Notes under the pieces: generated by a model
Told to the model about the DNA's origin: nothing
The model's input: the letters and a program-made list of their open reading frames with translations, nothing else
The model's database searches: none
Position numbers and translations under genes: made by a program
IMG/VR virus record: IMGVR_UViG_3300032312_000144
Span: 1 to 34,881 of that record
DNA length: 34,881 nucleotides
Direction: 5' to 3' (one strand)
From: a virus
Taxonomy: Duplodnaviria; Caudoviricetes
Part shown: piece by piece, positions 1 to 9,571 of the stretch
Layout: each line of letters starts with the position of its first letter
Numbering within the stretch: the stretch's first letter is position 1

Positions 1-711
1 TCTATTGATGGTATGCGTAAGAGTGGTCGCCTTACCCCAGGTCATCCTGGTCATCCAAAAGATTTAAACGGCTTTTCTATAATCTGTGGTCTAGATCCAG
101 CGATGGTTGGAGATACCGCAGCTATCTGTTATGCGATAGATCGCATTAACCATAAGCGTTATATAGTAGATGCTATAAAGATTACTAGACCTACCCCAGC
201 ACAAATTAGAGATTTAATATTTAACTGGACCTCTATCTACGGTCCTAGCGAATGGATTGTAGAGCGAAATGCTTTCCAGTCATTCTTAACCCAAGACGAA
301 GGTATTAGAAGTCACCTTGCAACTCGTGGTGTTATATTACGAGAGCATCATACTGGTAACAATAAGTGGGATGCAGGATTCGGTGTAGCTTCTATGTCTA
401 CCTTATTTGGAACTAAGCAGCACGATGGTAAGCACCATAGAGATAATCTAATGCACCTTCCAAGTGATCAAACTGAAAATGTTAAATCATTAATAGAACA
501 GTTAATTACTTGGTCACCTACTACCAAAGGCAAGACCGATATGGTTATGGCTCTTTGGTTCTGTGAGATTAGAGCAAGAGAGATGTTGAACCAAGGTATA
601 CACGCTAAGCATCATATGAGTAACCCTTTCCTATCTTCTTCAGAGAAGCGTAAGAGAACAGTTATAAACATAGATGAGATGCTTAATGAAAAGCAACGTA
701 CCTTTATTTAA
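1..711 (+). CDS. terL: Terminase large subunit, C-terminal RNase H-like nuclease domain (5'-truncated by window edge)
   Basis: Frame is open from base 1. Motifs ICGLDPA, WIVERNAFQ and KTDMVMALW fit the TerL nuclease acidic residues, and the gene lies directly upstream of the portal. Confidence 0.85.
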   Translation, partial: SIDGMRKSGRLTPGHPGHPKDLNGFSIICGLDPAMVGDTAAICYAIDRINHKRYIVDAIKITRPTPAQIRDLIFNWTSIYGPSEWIVERNAFQSFLTQDEGIRSHLATRGVILREHHTGNNKWDAGFGVASMSTLFGTKQHDGKHHRDNLMHLPSDQTENVKSLIEQLITWSPTTKGKTDMVMALWFCEIRAREMLNQGIHAKHHMSNPFLSSSEKRKRTVINIDEMLNEKQRTFI

Positions 712-720
712 GGAGAGCAA

Positions 721-2463
721 TTGTTAACAGTTAAAGAGATCTACGCGAAGGCGAGTAGGCTACAAACAAAGTATGCCGCCCGTGATCAACGTATGCGCGA
801 TGTACTCTCAGTTCGTCAAGGTGATATCTCTAAGGTATATCCTTCTATGTTCTCAGAGGATTACCCAAAGCCTTTAGTTGCAAACTTTATTGATGTAGCA
901 GCAAGAGACTTAGCAGAAGCAATGGCACCTATGCCATCATTTAACTGCTCAGCTACTAATATGGTTTCAGATACACAGCGCAAGGCTGCTGATATTAGAA
1001 CTCGTATTGCTAACTATTATGTAGCAGCATCAGATCTACCATTACAGATGTACTCAGGAGCTGACTGGTTTAACACCTACGGTATGTTGCCTGCTCTTGT
1101 TGAGATGGATTATGAAGGCAACAATCCCCGCATCCGACTACTTAATCCTTTCGGTGTCTATCCAGAGATTGACCGTTTTGGTCGTACCACTTCATTAACA
1201 CAGGTTGTTGTATCAGATGCTGAATCTTTAGCAGCACAGTTTCCTGAGTACGCCAGCGAGATCTTAAATGTTCGTAGCGTTTATCAATCAGCATCACCTT
1301 ATCTATCAGTTATGCGTTACCACGATAAAGATCAGGATATGTTGTTTATCCCAGAGCGCAACAATTTAATTTTATCTAACACACCAAACCCAATTGGTAA
1401 GTGTCTTGCTAGAGTCGCAATCCGTTCTTCTCTTGATGGCGAAGCTCGTGGACAATTTGATGATGTTCTATCAGTACAACTTGCTCGTGCAAGATTTGCT
1501 ATCCTACAGATTCAAGCAGCAGAGAAATCTATCCAAGCACCTATTGCAATCCCACAAGATGTGCAAGAACTTGCACTTGGACCAGATGCAATTATGCGTT
1601 CTGCTAACCCACAAGGTATTCGTAGAGTTCCACTAGAACTACCAGCAGGAGTCTTTACAGAGTCTGGCGTATTAGAACGAGAACTTCGTTTAGGTGCTAG
1701 ATATCCTGAATCTCGTTCAGGTCAACTAGATGCTTCTATTATTACTGGTCGTGGTGTGCAAGCATTACAAGCAGGCTTTGATACACAGATCAAAGCAGCA
1801 CAAGCACAGTTTGCTAAGTTGTTCCAAGATGTAATCGGTCTATGCTTTGAAGTAGACGAGAAGATCTTTGGATCTATGACTAAGGCTATTAAGGGAACCG
1901 ATGACGGTACACCTTATACAATGAAGTACACACCATCTCGTGATATTAAAGGCGAGTATGGCGTAGATGTTCGTTATGGAATTATGTCTGGAATGGATCC
2001 TAACCGAGCCATCATTGCATTACTACAGATGCGTTCAGATAAGTTAGTTAGCCGCGACTATGTTCGCAGAGAGATACCACTAGACCTAAATGTTACACAA
2101 GAAGAACAAAGGGTTGACATTGAAGAGATGCGCGATTCTCTTCGCGTTGCTGTTGCTCAGTATGCACAAGCTATACCCGCACTTGCTTCCCAAGGTCAAG
2201 ACCCAACTCAAATCATTTCTAGAATCGCAGAAGTAATTCAGGGTCGTCAAAAAGGACAATCTCTAGAATCAGTAATTGAAAAAGCATTTGCACCAGCTCC
2301 AGTGGAACAACCATTACCTGGCGCAGAACAAATTCCAGTAGCAGGTGCGGCCCCCGCCCCTGCCTCGCAGCCAACTCAAGAACAACAAGTCGGTGCGGCC
2401 CCTGCTACTGGACAATCTCAACCAAGTATAGATCAACTACTCGCCGCCATTGGCGGATCATAA
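721..2463 (+). CDS. Portal protein
   Basis: 580 aa, TTG start after AAGGAG, follows terL. Size and helical/beta pattern fit P22/T7-type portals, with a Pro/Ala/Gln-rich C-terminal tail. Confidence 0.8.
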   Translation: MLTVKEIYAKASRLQTKYAARDQRMRDVLSVRQGDISKVYPSMFSEDYPKPLVANFIDVAARDLAEAMAPMPSFNCSATNMVSDTQRKAADIRTRIANYYVAASDLPLQMYSGADWFNTYGMLPALVEMDYEGNNPRIRLLNPFGVYPEIDRFGRTTSLTQVVVSDAESLAAQFPEYASEILNVRSVYQSASPYLSVMRYHDKDQDMLFIPERNNLILSNTPNPIGKCLARVAIRSSLDGEARGQFDDVLSVQLARARFAILQIQAAEKSIQAPIAIPQDVQELALGPDAIMRSANPQGIRRVPLELPAGVFTESGVLERELRLGARYPESRSGQLDASIITGRGVQALQAGFDTQIKAAQAQFAKLFQDVIGLCFEVDEKIFGSMTKAIKGTDDGTPYTMKYTPSRDIKGEYGVDVRYGIMSGMDPNRAIIALLQMRSDKLVSRDYVRREIPLDLNVTQEEQRVDIEEMRDSLRVAVAQYAQAIPALASQGQDPTQIISRIAEVIQGRQKGQSLESVIEKAFAPAPVEQPLPGAEQIPVAGAAPAPASQPTQEQQVGAAPATGQSQPSIDQLLAAIGGS

Positions 2464-2474
2464 GGAGGTGGAAA

Positions 2475-2612
2475 ATGAATAAGGGATCAAGAGCAAAAGC
2501 AACCGAGAAGAAGCCAACTGTAGGCGCAAATAAGCCAGCAGGCAAAGCAGGCGGAAAAGTGTTTTTCGGATATGCAGCACCAGGCCGTAAAGGTAAGTCA
2601 GCAAAGAAGTAA
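2475..2612 (+). CDS. Small Lys/Gly-rich basic protein (45 aa, MNKGSRAKATEKKPTVGANKPAGKAGGKVFFGYAAPGRKGKSAKK)
   Basis: Perfect SD TAAGGAGGTG upstream of ATG 2475; fills the gap after the portal; not in the ORF track. Confidence 0.75.
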   Translation: MNKGSRAKATEKKPTVGANKPAGKAGGKVFFGYAAPGRKGKSAKK

Positions 2613-2637
2613 TTATTTAAGAAAGGGGCTGGGCGTT

Positions 2638-2850
2638 ATGGATGATGATCTACAGCGCCCAGTCCGTTCATCAGATTTTTTCGTAATAATATCAGGATTC
2701 TTTTTAAATTTAATTAGCGCATTTGAAGCGCTGGCAGAAGATCTGCATCATATGAGCATTTATTATACAAACCAAAAAAGCCAAGAAGCAAAAGTTTGGC
2801 AAGAATTTACACAAGATTTAGAAACTATTAAGGAGAACAACGATGGCTAG
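2638..2850 (+). CDS. Hypothetical protein (70 aa, MDDDLQRPVRSSDFF...)
   Basis: GAAAGGGG upstream of ATG 2638. The track's longer start at 2572 overlaps the preceding small gene. Confidence 0.6.
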   Translation: MDDDLQRPVRSSDFFVIISGFFLNLISAFEALAEDLHHMSIYYTNQKSQEAKVWQEFTQDLETIKENNDG

Positions 2851-3250
2851 AGGCCCATTAGCAGGAGCATCAGGTCCTGGTAAGTTCTCAAAAAGAACAG
2901 ATATGGATCTAGGATCTACTTCTTACGGAGAAGGTCAAGAAACCGCTATGTTAAATACAGCAGCACCAAAGTCTAAGACTCGTGGTATTGCAGATGATGT
3001 TGGTGGAAGACCAGCAGATCCATTAAATCAAATGGCTCCAGTAACTCCAATATTTGCTGAAACTCAAAATAAAACTCAGGATATTATGGCTGGTTCAAAA
3101 ATAGGACCAGATGTTGGCCCAGAAGCATTAATGATGAAATCTCAGTTTGCTGGTCGTAAAACTTCAGATATCTTAGTTGATCTTATTCCTTATGATGAAA
3201 CTGGCGATATAGTAATACTATACCAGCAGGCGTTATCTAGAGGTCAATAG
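2843..3250 (+). CDS. Hypothetical virion-module protein
   Basis: SD AAGGAG, 135 aa, coupled to the next gene by a TAGTG overlap. Confidence 0.65.
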   Translation: MARGPLAGASGPGKFSKRTDMDLGSTSYGEGQETAMLNTAAPKSKTRGIADDVGGRPADPLNQMAPVTPIFAETQNKTQDIMAGSKIGPDVGPEALMMKSQFAGRKTSDILVDLIPYDETGDIVILYQQALSRGQ

Positions 3251-6200
3251 TGGCTGATAATCTAAAAGCGGCAGCATATGCCTCAGGTTTATCAGCAGCA
3301 GAACGTAAGAAGATAGAAGACTTTAATAAGCAACTTGTTGCTCATAGAGAGTTATCTAACTTACCTTCTGATATAGCTAGTAAGGCTGTAACTAAATATA
3401 CTCCAGATCAACAAACATCCCTTACTAAATCTTTTGGTGAAGAAACCCCAGAAGTAAAACCAAAACAAGGATGGTTTGGTACTGCTTGGAATTATAGTGG
3501 TGGCGCTTTATTAAAGGGTCTTGACTATGTTTCTGATACCTCTACTCGCGTTGCAAGAACTTTGCAGATTGCAGCCGAAGAAGATATTAATCTAGGTAAA
3601 GCCTGGAATGAAGCAGGTCTTAGTGGTGAGAAAAAATTTAATACTGATCGTCTAGAAGATGCTCGCAAGAAGTATGGAAAAGATGCAGTAGATATCGCTG
3701 TGCGTATTTCTTCTGGTGAAGATCAAGCACAGTTGATTAAGGAGGCAACTCCAGAGCAACAAAGATATTTATCTTTAGCCTATAAAAAAGCTGGAACACA
3801 AGAAGAACAAGATCTATTTCAAGATACTCTTGATGCAGTTAGTGCTGCTAAGTATTCTCCTGGTAGAGCCGTAGCAAATATAGTAGATGCTATTACTCCT
3901 GGCGATCTTGTTAAAAACGGATTTTTATATAAAGGCATTTCAGGTTTTACAGATGCTGCCTACCGTATATTTGCTGACCCACTATTAGTAGCTGGTAAAG
4001 CAAAGAAACTTTATGATGTAAGCAAGTATGCTTTAGATGTAGTAGTAGGCGGAAATAAAGTAGATGAAGTATTCAGTAATGCCAAAGTTATTAAATTCTG
4101 GGATGAATACGGCACTGAACTATCTAACCTTAGAAAAGCACAGGCAGAGAAAAATACTGCAGCAGCAGTTGCCGCTACTAACCGTCTTAAGGTATTAGCA
4201 CCAGAACTTGGTCCAGATGTAGTTAAGTCTTTTAACAAAGCAGATATTCCAATATCTAATGCTGTCACTGCCAAAGCATTTTTCCAAAATGCAAAGCAAC
4301 TAGATGAAATGATGAAAGGTCAAATAGGTCGCAAGCGAGTTCTTATGCCTCGCTTAGATGCTGCTCGCAAAACTCGTATTGCTTTTGTTACTAGTGCCAA
4401 TAAAGTATTTAATATTGATAAAATGGGATCTAAAATAATTGATGATTTCTATGGATCTCCATTAACAGATGATGGTATTGCAGAGGCTTTAATTAATGGT
4501 AAAGAAGAACTTATCAATGCAGTTAAGCCTGGTGCTAAATATAAACAAGTAGGTCGTTTCTCTTCTGCTTATATTGCTGGTCGTATTGATAGACTAAAAG
4601 CAAAGTTTGCTATTGCGCCATTATTCAGAGATGATACTTTTGACGTAACTGCTAAAGATGCTTCAACCCAAATATATCGTTTGGCTCGTATAGTATTACC
4701 ACAGAATGAATCAAAATTAATTGCACAAGCATTTGATTCCATTGATGATACTGCTCGCCGCAAAGATGTATTTTATGGACTATGGTCAACAATTGCTGAT
4801 GCTCGCGGTTTAAATGCTACAGAGCCAGGACAGATTATCGTTCGTAGATTAACTGGTAAAGGTAACGCAAAGTTTGCAGTAACTCGCAATGGAGAAAATC
4901 CTGCGCTACTAGCAAATGGTGAGCAAGTAGGTCTTATTGTTTCTGATCTATCACCAATGGTTACAGCACCTAACATAGTTGATATAGACAGAGCAGCAGC
5001 TCGTAGCACTTTGATCCAAAAGATGTTTGGCTTTGCCAACAAAGACTGGGTAGATAGAATGACTGGAGCTTGGTCTTTCCTAACTCTTGCTGGACCTCGT
5101 TACGCTCTTCGTAATGCAACTGAAGATTTAATGGTTAATATTGCTATTGGTCAATCTCCTTGGGGAATTGCTAAAGCAAGATTACTATCAACTAGATTAA
5201 ACACTGCTAGGTCTATGCCTAAGGGCTTATCTACTGGTGGACTAATATCTGAGCAAAGAGCATCAAATCCACTTGGTATCGTTTTAAGATTTGTGAACAA
5301 GAATGAATCAGAAAAGTTTGCTACAGAATTATCAACCCTTGATGATCGTATTGCTACTGCTAATACAGAGATAAAGAACCTACGCAAAACTTTAAAGACA
5401 GAAACAAACCCTAAAAAAATAACTGCTATTAAGAATCAAATAGATACCTTAAAGCAGGGTACTAAAGGTGGTTCTGTATACCAGACTAGAGTTGTATTTG
5501 CTAGAGCATTAAACGAAGGCAAACTTAATAGAACATTTGCTAGATTAGGTAGGAAGCCTTTAACTAGTGAAGAATCTGAGTTACTAGCAGAGCAGATTCT
5601 GCACGGTGATTTAGATAACGCATTAGCAGATGTAGTAGAAGCATCATCTAACTTTGCTGTTGGTAATGACTATGTAAGATCTGCTATTGATTTCAATAGA
5701 AAGCACGGTGTTCGTACCGTAGCATTAAGAATTGAGGCTCCTTCTAATTATAGAAGAGCTAGAGGTTCTGTTGGGTATAGAGAAATCCCAGTTGCTGCTC
5801 AAAGTGAGTCTTCATTAATCGCTTGGTTGATGCGTATATCTTATTACTCTAATGATGAGTTAGGCGCTTTAGCAGTTGCTAACCTTGACAATCCAGCATT
5901 AGCAAAAGATTTAATTAAACAATGGTTAAAGGATAATCCTAAGACTGCTAAGCAATTCCGTTTACAAAGTAGTGGATTAACTGACGATGAACACGCTGAT
6001 TCTATTATCGCAGCAGCCCGTCAAATTTTTGAAAAGAAAGATCCAACTCAATTAAACCTAGATCTTTTAAATAAGATCAGAACCTTTGATGATGAAAAAG
6101 GTCAGTATGTTATATCTGGTAAATTATCACTAGATGATCTTCCTAAGGCAGAAAATGATCTACCTCAATATGTTATTGGCCCAGAGTTAGTAGCTATATC

Positions 6201-8079
6201 TGATACAGATAACTACACCACATCTTTAATGGAAAAGGGCTGGACCTGGCTTGGTATGTCTAACGCCCGTATGTCTAGAGAGCCTATTGTTCTAGCAGAA
6301 ATGATTAAGAACCGTAAACAATTTAGAAGCACTGGATTTGAAGATGCCTTTATTCAAGCACATTTAAAAGATATAGATCCAGATGATGTTAAAAAGATAG
6401 ATCAAGCAACTGATGTTGCTAAAAAGAAGTTAGCAGAGATTGCTGAAGAAAGAGCAACGCTACAAACACTGGCTTATGTAGATAATCCACTGATAAGAAG
6501 CCAACTTGCTTTCTCTATTCGTAACTTTGCTCGGTTCTATCGCGCAACTGAAGACTTCTATCGCCGTATTTATAGAGCAGTTCGTTACAATCCAGAGGCA
6601 ATTCAAAAAGCAGCTCTTACTTATGAAGGTGTAACCCATTCAGGATGGGTACAAAAAGATGATCAGGGTGAGCCATACTTTATTTACCCAGGAATTGAAC
6701 CTGTTTATAGAGCAGTTCAAGGTGCATTACAAGGTTTAGGTATTGGTGCAGAGTTTAAAGCGCCACTTCCAGTAAACTTTGGTGCAAACTTTAAGATGTT
6801 AACTCCATCTTTGAACCCTGAGTCTTGGGTGCCTACACTTGCTGGTCCACTTTCTGGAGTTTCTATGAAGGTATTAACTAATGTTGTTGATATCTGGTCT
6901 CCAGGTGCTGCAGATACTATAACTAAACTTACTTTAGGTAAGTATGCAGAAGATCAACCTATGGTATCGGCTTTCTTACCAGCACATATCAACCGTTTGT
7001 ACGCTGCGATGAATAGAGATGAAAGAGATTCTCAATACGCATCAGCTTGGCGTAAGGCAGTTACCTATTTAGAAGCGTCAGGCAATGGAATACCTAAGAA
7101 GTATGAAGTTGTTGACGGTGTTGAAACTTTGGTAGAGCCAACTCAATCTGAATTAGAACAATACAGACTAAGAGTTAAAAATATAACTATTGCAATTCTT
7201 GGTACTAGATTCTTATTTGGTTTTGTTGCTCCAGCATCACCACAAGTTCAGTTAAAATCTGATATTTCAGACTGGATGAGAGATAATGGTAAGGCTAATT
7301 TCAAGCAGACTTGGAACGCTTTACTAGATAAGTATCCTGGTGATTATGATGCCGCAATGACAAAGTGGGTAGAGTTATTCCCAGATCAAATACCATTTAC
7401 AATACCTGAATCAGAGAGAAAGACTGTTGCATACTTCCGTTATGCAGATGAGTCTGGTCAATTTGTTGAGCAAAATCAGAAACTATTTGAGAACTACAAA
7501 GAAGGCGCTGCTTTCTTAATACCTCACAAAGAGGGATTCTCTTGGGATGCTTATAAGACTATGACCGATATGGGTCTACGCCAGAATAAGCGAGTAGAAG
7601 ATTATCTAAGAGAAGTTCAAACAGCTACTGATCTACAAACATACTATGATAAAAAAGAAGAGTATGAGAAGTCTCTTGAGACTGCTGGTATAGATTATAC
7701 TCGTAGTAAACTACGCAAAGAGTTTACTGAATGGAAATATCTATTCTTTGCTGGTAGGCCATTAGTTAAAGAAGAACTATCTCAGGGTAGTCAGAAGGCT
7801 ATATCAAGAATAAACGCCTTCAATGACCTATCTAATATGGTTAATGATCCAGAGGTTCAGAAGATAAGTCCAGTAACTGTATCTACTCTTAAAGAAATGA
7901 TTAAACTTTATAACCAATATAAAGAAGATAGAAAGCGTTATGAGACAATAGGTGGTCTTAGTTTCTTAATATCTAGTTCTAAAGATAAGACAGTTTTAAG
8001 ACTTAGAGAGTTAGCAAAGGTTAATGAAAATACTCAAGCAGCATACAATGTTTTATTTGGCAGATTGTTAGGAGAATAA
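3250..8079 (+). CDS. Large putative internal virion / DNA ejection protein (1609 aa)
   Basis: Very long, mostly helical and charged protein in the head module. Segments such as WSFLTLAGPRYALRN and RNFARFYRATEDFYRR resemble podovirus large ejection proteins. No polymerase motifs recognised. Confidence 0.6.
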   Translation: MADNLKAAAYASGLSAAERKKIEDFNKQLVAHRELSNLPSDIASKAVTKYTPDQQTSLTKSFGEETPEVKPKQGWFGTAWNYSGGALLKGLDYVSDTSTRVARTLQIAAEEDINLGKAWNEAGLSGEKKFNTDRLEDARKKYGKDAVDIAVRISSGEDQAQLIKEATPEQQRYLSLAYKKAGTQEEQDLFQDTLDAVSAAKYSPGRAVANIVDAITPGDLVKNGFLYKGISGFTDAAYRIFADPLLVAGKAKKLYDVSKYALDVVVGGNKVDEVFSNAKVIKFWDEYGTELSNLRKAQAEKNTAAAVAATNRLKVLAPELGPDVVKSFNKADIPISNAVTAKAFFQNAKQLDEMMKGQIGRKRVLMPRLDAARKTRIAFVTSANKVFNIDKMGSKIIDDFYGSPLTDDGIAEALINGKEELINAVKPGAKYKQVGRFSSAYIAGRIDRLKAKFAIAPLFRDDTFDVTAKDASTQIYRLARIVLPQNESKLIAQAFDSIDDTARRKDVFYGLWSTIADARGLNATEPGQIIVRRLTGKGNAKFAVTRNGENPALLANGEQVGLIVSDLSPMVTAPNIVDIDRAAARSTLIQKMFGFANKDWVDRMTGAWSFLTLAGPRYALRNATEDLMVNIAIGQSPWGIAKARLLSTRLNTARSMPKGLSTGGLISEQRASNPLGIVLRFVNKNESEKFATELSTLDDRIATANTEIKNLRKTLKTETNPKKITAIKNQIDTLKQGTKGGSVYQTRVVFARALNEGKLNRTFARLGRKPLTSEESELLAEQILHGDLDNALADVVEASSNFAVGNDYVRSAIDFNRKHGVRTVALRIEAPSNYRRARGSVGYREIPVAAQSESSLIAWLMRISYYSNDELGALAVANLDNPALAKDLIKQWLKDNPKTAKQFRLQSSGLTDDEHADSIIAAARQIFEKKDPTQLNLDLLNKIRTFDDEKGQYVISGKLSLDDLPKAENDLPQYVIGPELVAISDTDNYTTSLMEKGWTWLGMSNARMSREPIVLAEMIKNRKQFRSTGFEDAFIQAHLKDIDPDDVKKIDQATDVAKKKLAEIAEERATLQTLAYVDNPLIRSQLAFSIRNFARFYRATEDFYRRIYRAVRYNPEAIQKAALTYEGVTHSGWVQKDDQGEPYFIYPGIEPVYRAVQGALQGLGIGAEFKAPLPVNFGANFKMLTPSLNPESWVPTLAGPLSGVSMKVLTNVVDIWSPGAADTITKLTLGKYAEDQPMVSAFLPAHINRLYAAMNRDERDSQYASAWRKAVTYLEASGNGIPKKYEVVDGVETLVEPTQSELEQYRLRVKNITIAILGTRFLFGFVAPASPQVQLKSDISDWMRDNGKANFKQTWNALLDKYPGDYDAAMTKWVELFPDQIPFTIPESERKTVAYFRYADESGQFVEQNQKLFENYKEGAAFLIPHKEGFSWDAYKTMTDMGLRQNKRVEDYLREVQTATDLQTYYDKKEEYEKSLETAGIDYTRSKLRKEFTEWKYLFFAGRPLVKEELSQGSQKAISRINAFNDLSNMVNDPEVQKISPVTVSTLKEMIKLYNQYKEDRKRYETIGGLSFLISSSKDKTVLRLRELAKVNENTQAAYNVLFGRLLGE

Positions 8080-8080
8080 G

Positions 8081-9571
8081 TTGGCAAGTTTTAAATCGTA
8101 TCTAAGCAACAATGCTCCATTCCTTATTGCCAGAGAGAAATATCAAACCCTTGGTGGATTAGCATCAGATGCTAGAAGGAGATGGGAATCTGCTAAGGAA
8201 ACTGATGCAAATTATCAACAAATTCTTGCTGCTTACAAGGATGCTCAAAGCAAAGCCGATGAAGCTAAAAGAAATCTAGATGCTGTAGAAACTAAAGCTA
8301 AAGAGACCTTTGATAAACAAAAAGAAAAAAAGGATTTAGAAAGCAAACAAAAGAAAGATGCTCCGATTCAGGCTCAAATTGATAGAGTTGAAGATGAGAT
8401 ACTTAAGTATGAATCTGCTGGATTAGTAGTACCTGCAGATAAACAAGCAAAATTAAAAGATTTACAAGGTAAGTTAAGTACTGCTGTTACAGGCCCAACG
8501 GGACCTACAGGTCCTAGTGGTACTGGTGGAACTGGTACAGCAACTACTGCAACAGGACCAGCGCCATTATCTTTTGAAGAGTTTATAAAAGGTGTAGATT
8601 CAAACCCTGCATTACTTGCAAAGGTTAGAGCAGATCTAGGTATTAAGAGTACAGATCCTAAACTTGATATAGCAACCTATCAGGCAATCTTAAAGAAAGA
8701 ACAAGAAATTGTTACTCTTGAAGGTATTAGAGGTCCAATAGATCGTCTTACTTACTTTGCAGAAACAAAGGGTAAAGGCACTGGTACTAGTGCCACGACC
8801 ACTATATCTCCTGTAGCAGATGCTACTGTATATATTAATAATGCTTTTAAAAGAGCAGGTATTAATAGAGATGCAACACCTGCAGAGGTTGCTAGCTTAA
8901 CTAAGGTTCTTAACGATGCAGAAGGTCGTTTTAAAACAACTAAGTCTGGTGGAGTAACTAAAGATTTACTTGGTGATAGAACTCAGTTTATTACAAACCT
9001 TATTACTACTGGTAAGTATGTGGATCCTAATACTGGTAAGCCAATAAAGGGAATTAAAGAAGATATTAAAAAAGCTGCTGAGGTTCTTGGAACTCTATCT
9101 AAGTCAGCGCAAACTCTTAAAGCAGATGCCCGTTCACTTACAGTTCAATCCTTACAATCTACTGCTAACGCAAATGGTATTACTTTAAGCCCACAACAGT
9201 TACAGCAATATGCCTTAGATATTCAAAATGGTAAAGATGTAAAGGTAATCCAATCACAAATTCGCAACCTTGCAGGTATTGGTATGCCAGATAGTGTTAA
9301 GAAACTATTAGCTGAGGGTACAGATCTAGATACTATTTACTCACCATATAAGCAAGCAATGGCTGCAGTGCTAGAAATAAATCCAGCAACTATTAATTTT
9401 ACTGATCCAACATTGCGTAGTGCAATTGGTCCTAATGGAGAAGTACCTTTATATGATTTCCAAAAAGCGCTTCGTAAAGATGCTCGCTGGCAATATACAG
9501 ATAATGCTAAAAAAGATGTATTTCAGGGTATTGGACAGGTATTTAGTAACTTCGGGATTATGGAGATATAG
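8081..9571 (+). CDS. Putative internal virion protein (496 aa) with N-terminal coiled coil and TGP-repeat linker
   Basis: TTG start after AGGAG; K/E/A-rich helical N-terminus; [16 protein letters not shown] linker at about 8489-8560. Confidence 0.55.
   Translation: MASFKSYLSNNAPFLIAREKYQTLGGLASDARRRWESAKETDANYQQILAAYKDAQSKADEAKRNLDAVETKAKETFDKQKEKKDLESKQKKDAPIQAQIDRVEDEILKYESAGLVVPADKQAKLKDLQGKLSTAVTGPTGPTGPSGTGGTGTATTATGPAPLSFEEFIKGVDSNPALLAKVRADLGIKSTDPKLDIATYQAILKKEQEIVTLEGIRGPIDRLTYFAETKGKGTGTSATTTISPVADATVYINNAFKRAGINRDATPAEVASLTKVLNDAEGRFKTTKSGGVTKDLLGDRTQFITNLITTGKYVDPNTGKPIKGIKEDIKKAAEVLGTLSKSAQTLKADARSLTVQSLQSTANANGITLSPQQLQQYALDIQNGKDVKVIQSQIRNLAGIGMPDSVKKLLAEGTDLDTIYSPYKQAMAAVLEINPATINFTDPTLRSAIGPNGEVPLYDFQKALRKDARWQYTDNAKKDVFQGIGQVFSNFGIMEI

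Noticed and set aside
2344-2403. Direct repeat GGTGCGGCCCC in the portal 3' end
   Set aside because: Explained by repeated GAAPA in a low-complexity protein tail.
4011-5387. Several 64-89 aa minus-strand ORFs within the 1609-aa gene (similar ones lie in the capsid, fibre and primase genes)
   Set aside because: Antisense shadows with no SD or motifs, fully nested in strong genes.
3250-8079. Large ORF as virion RNA polymerase or tape measure
   Set aside because: No DxDGD or T7-type catalytic motifs recognised, no periodic tape-measure repeats, and no adjacent tail tube or chaperone genes. A structure search would be needed to exclude this fully.
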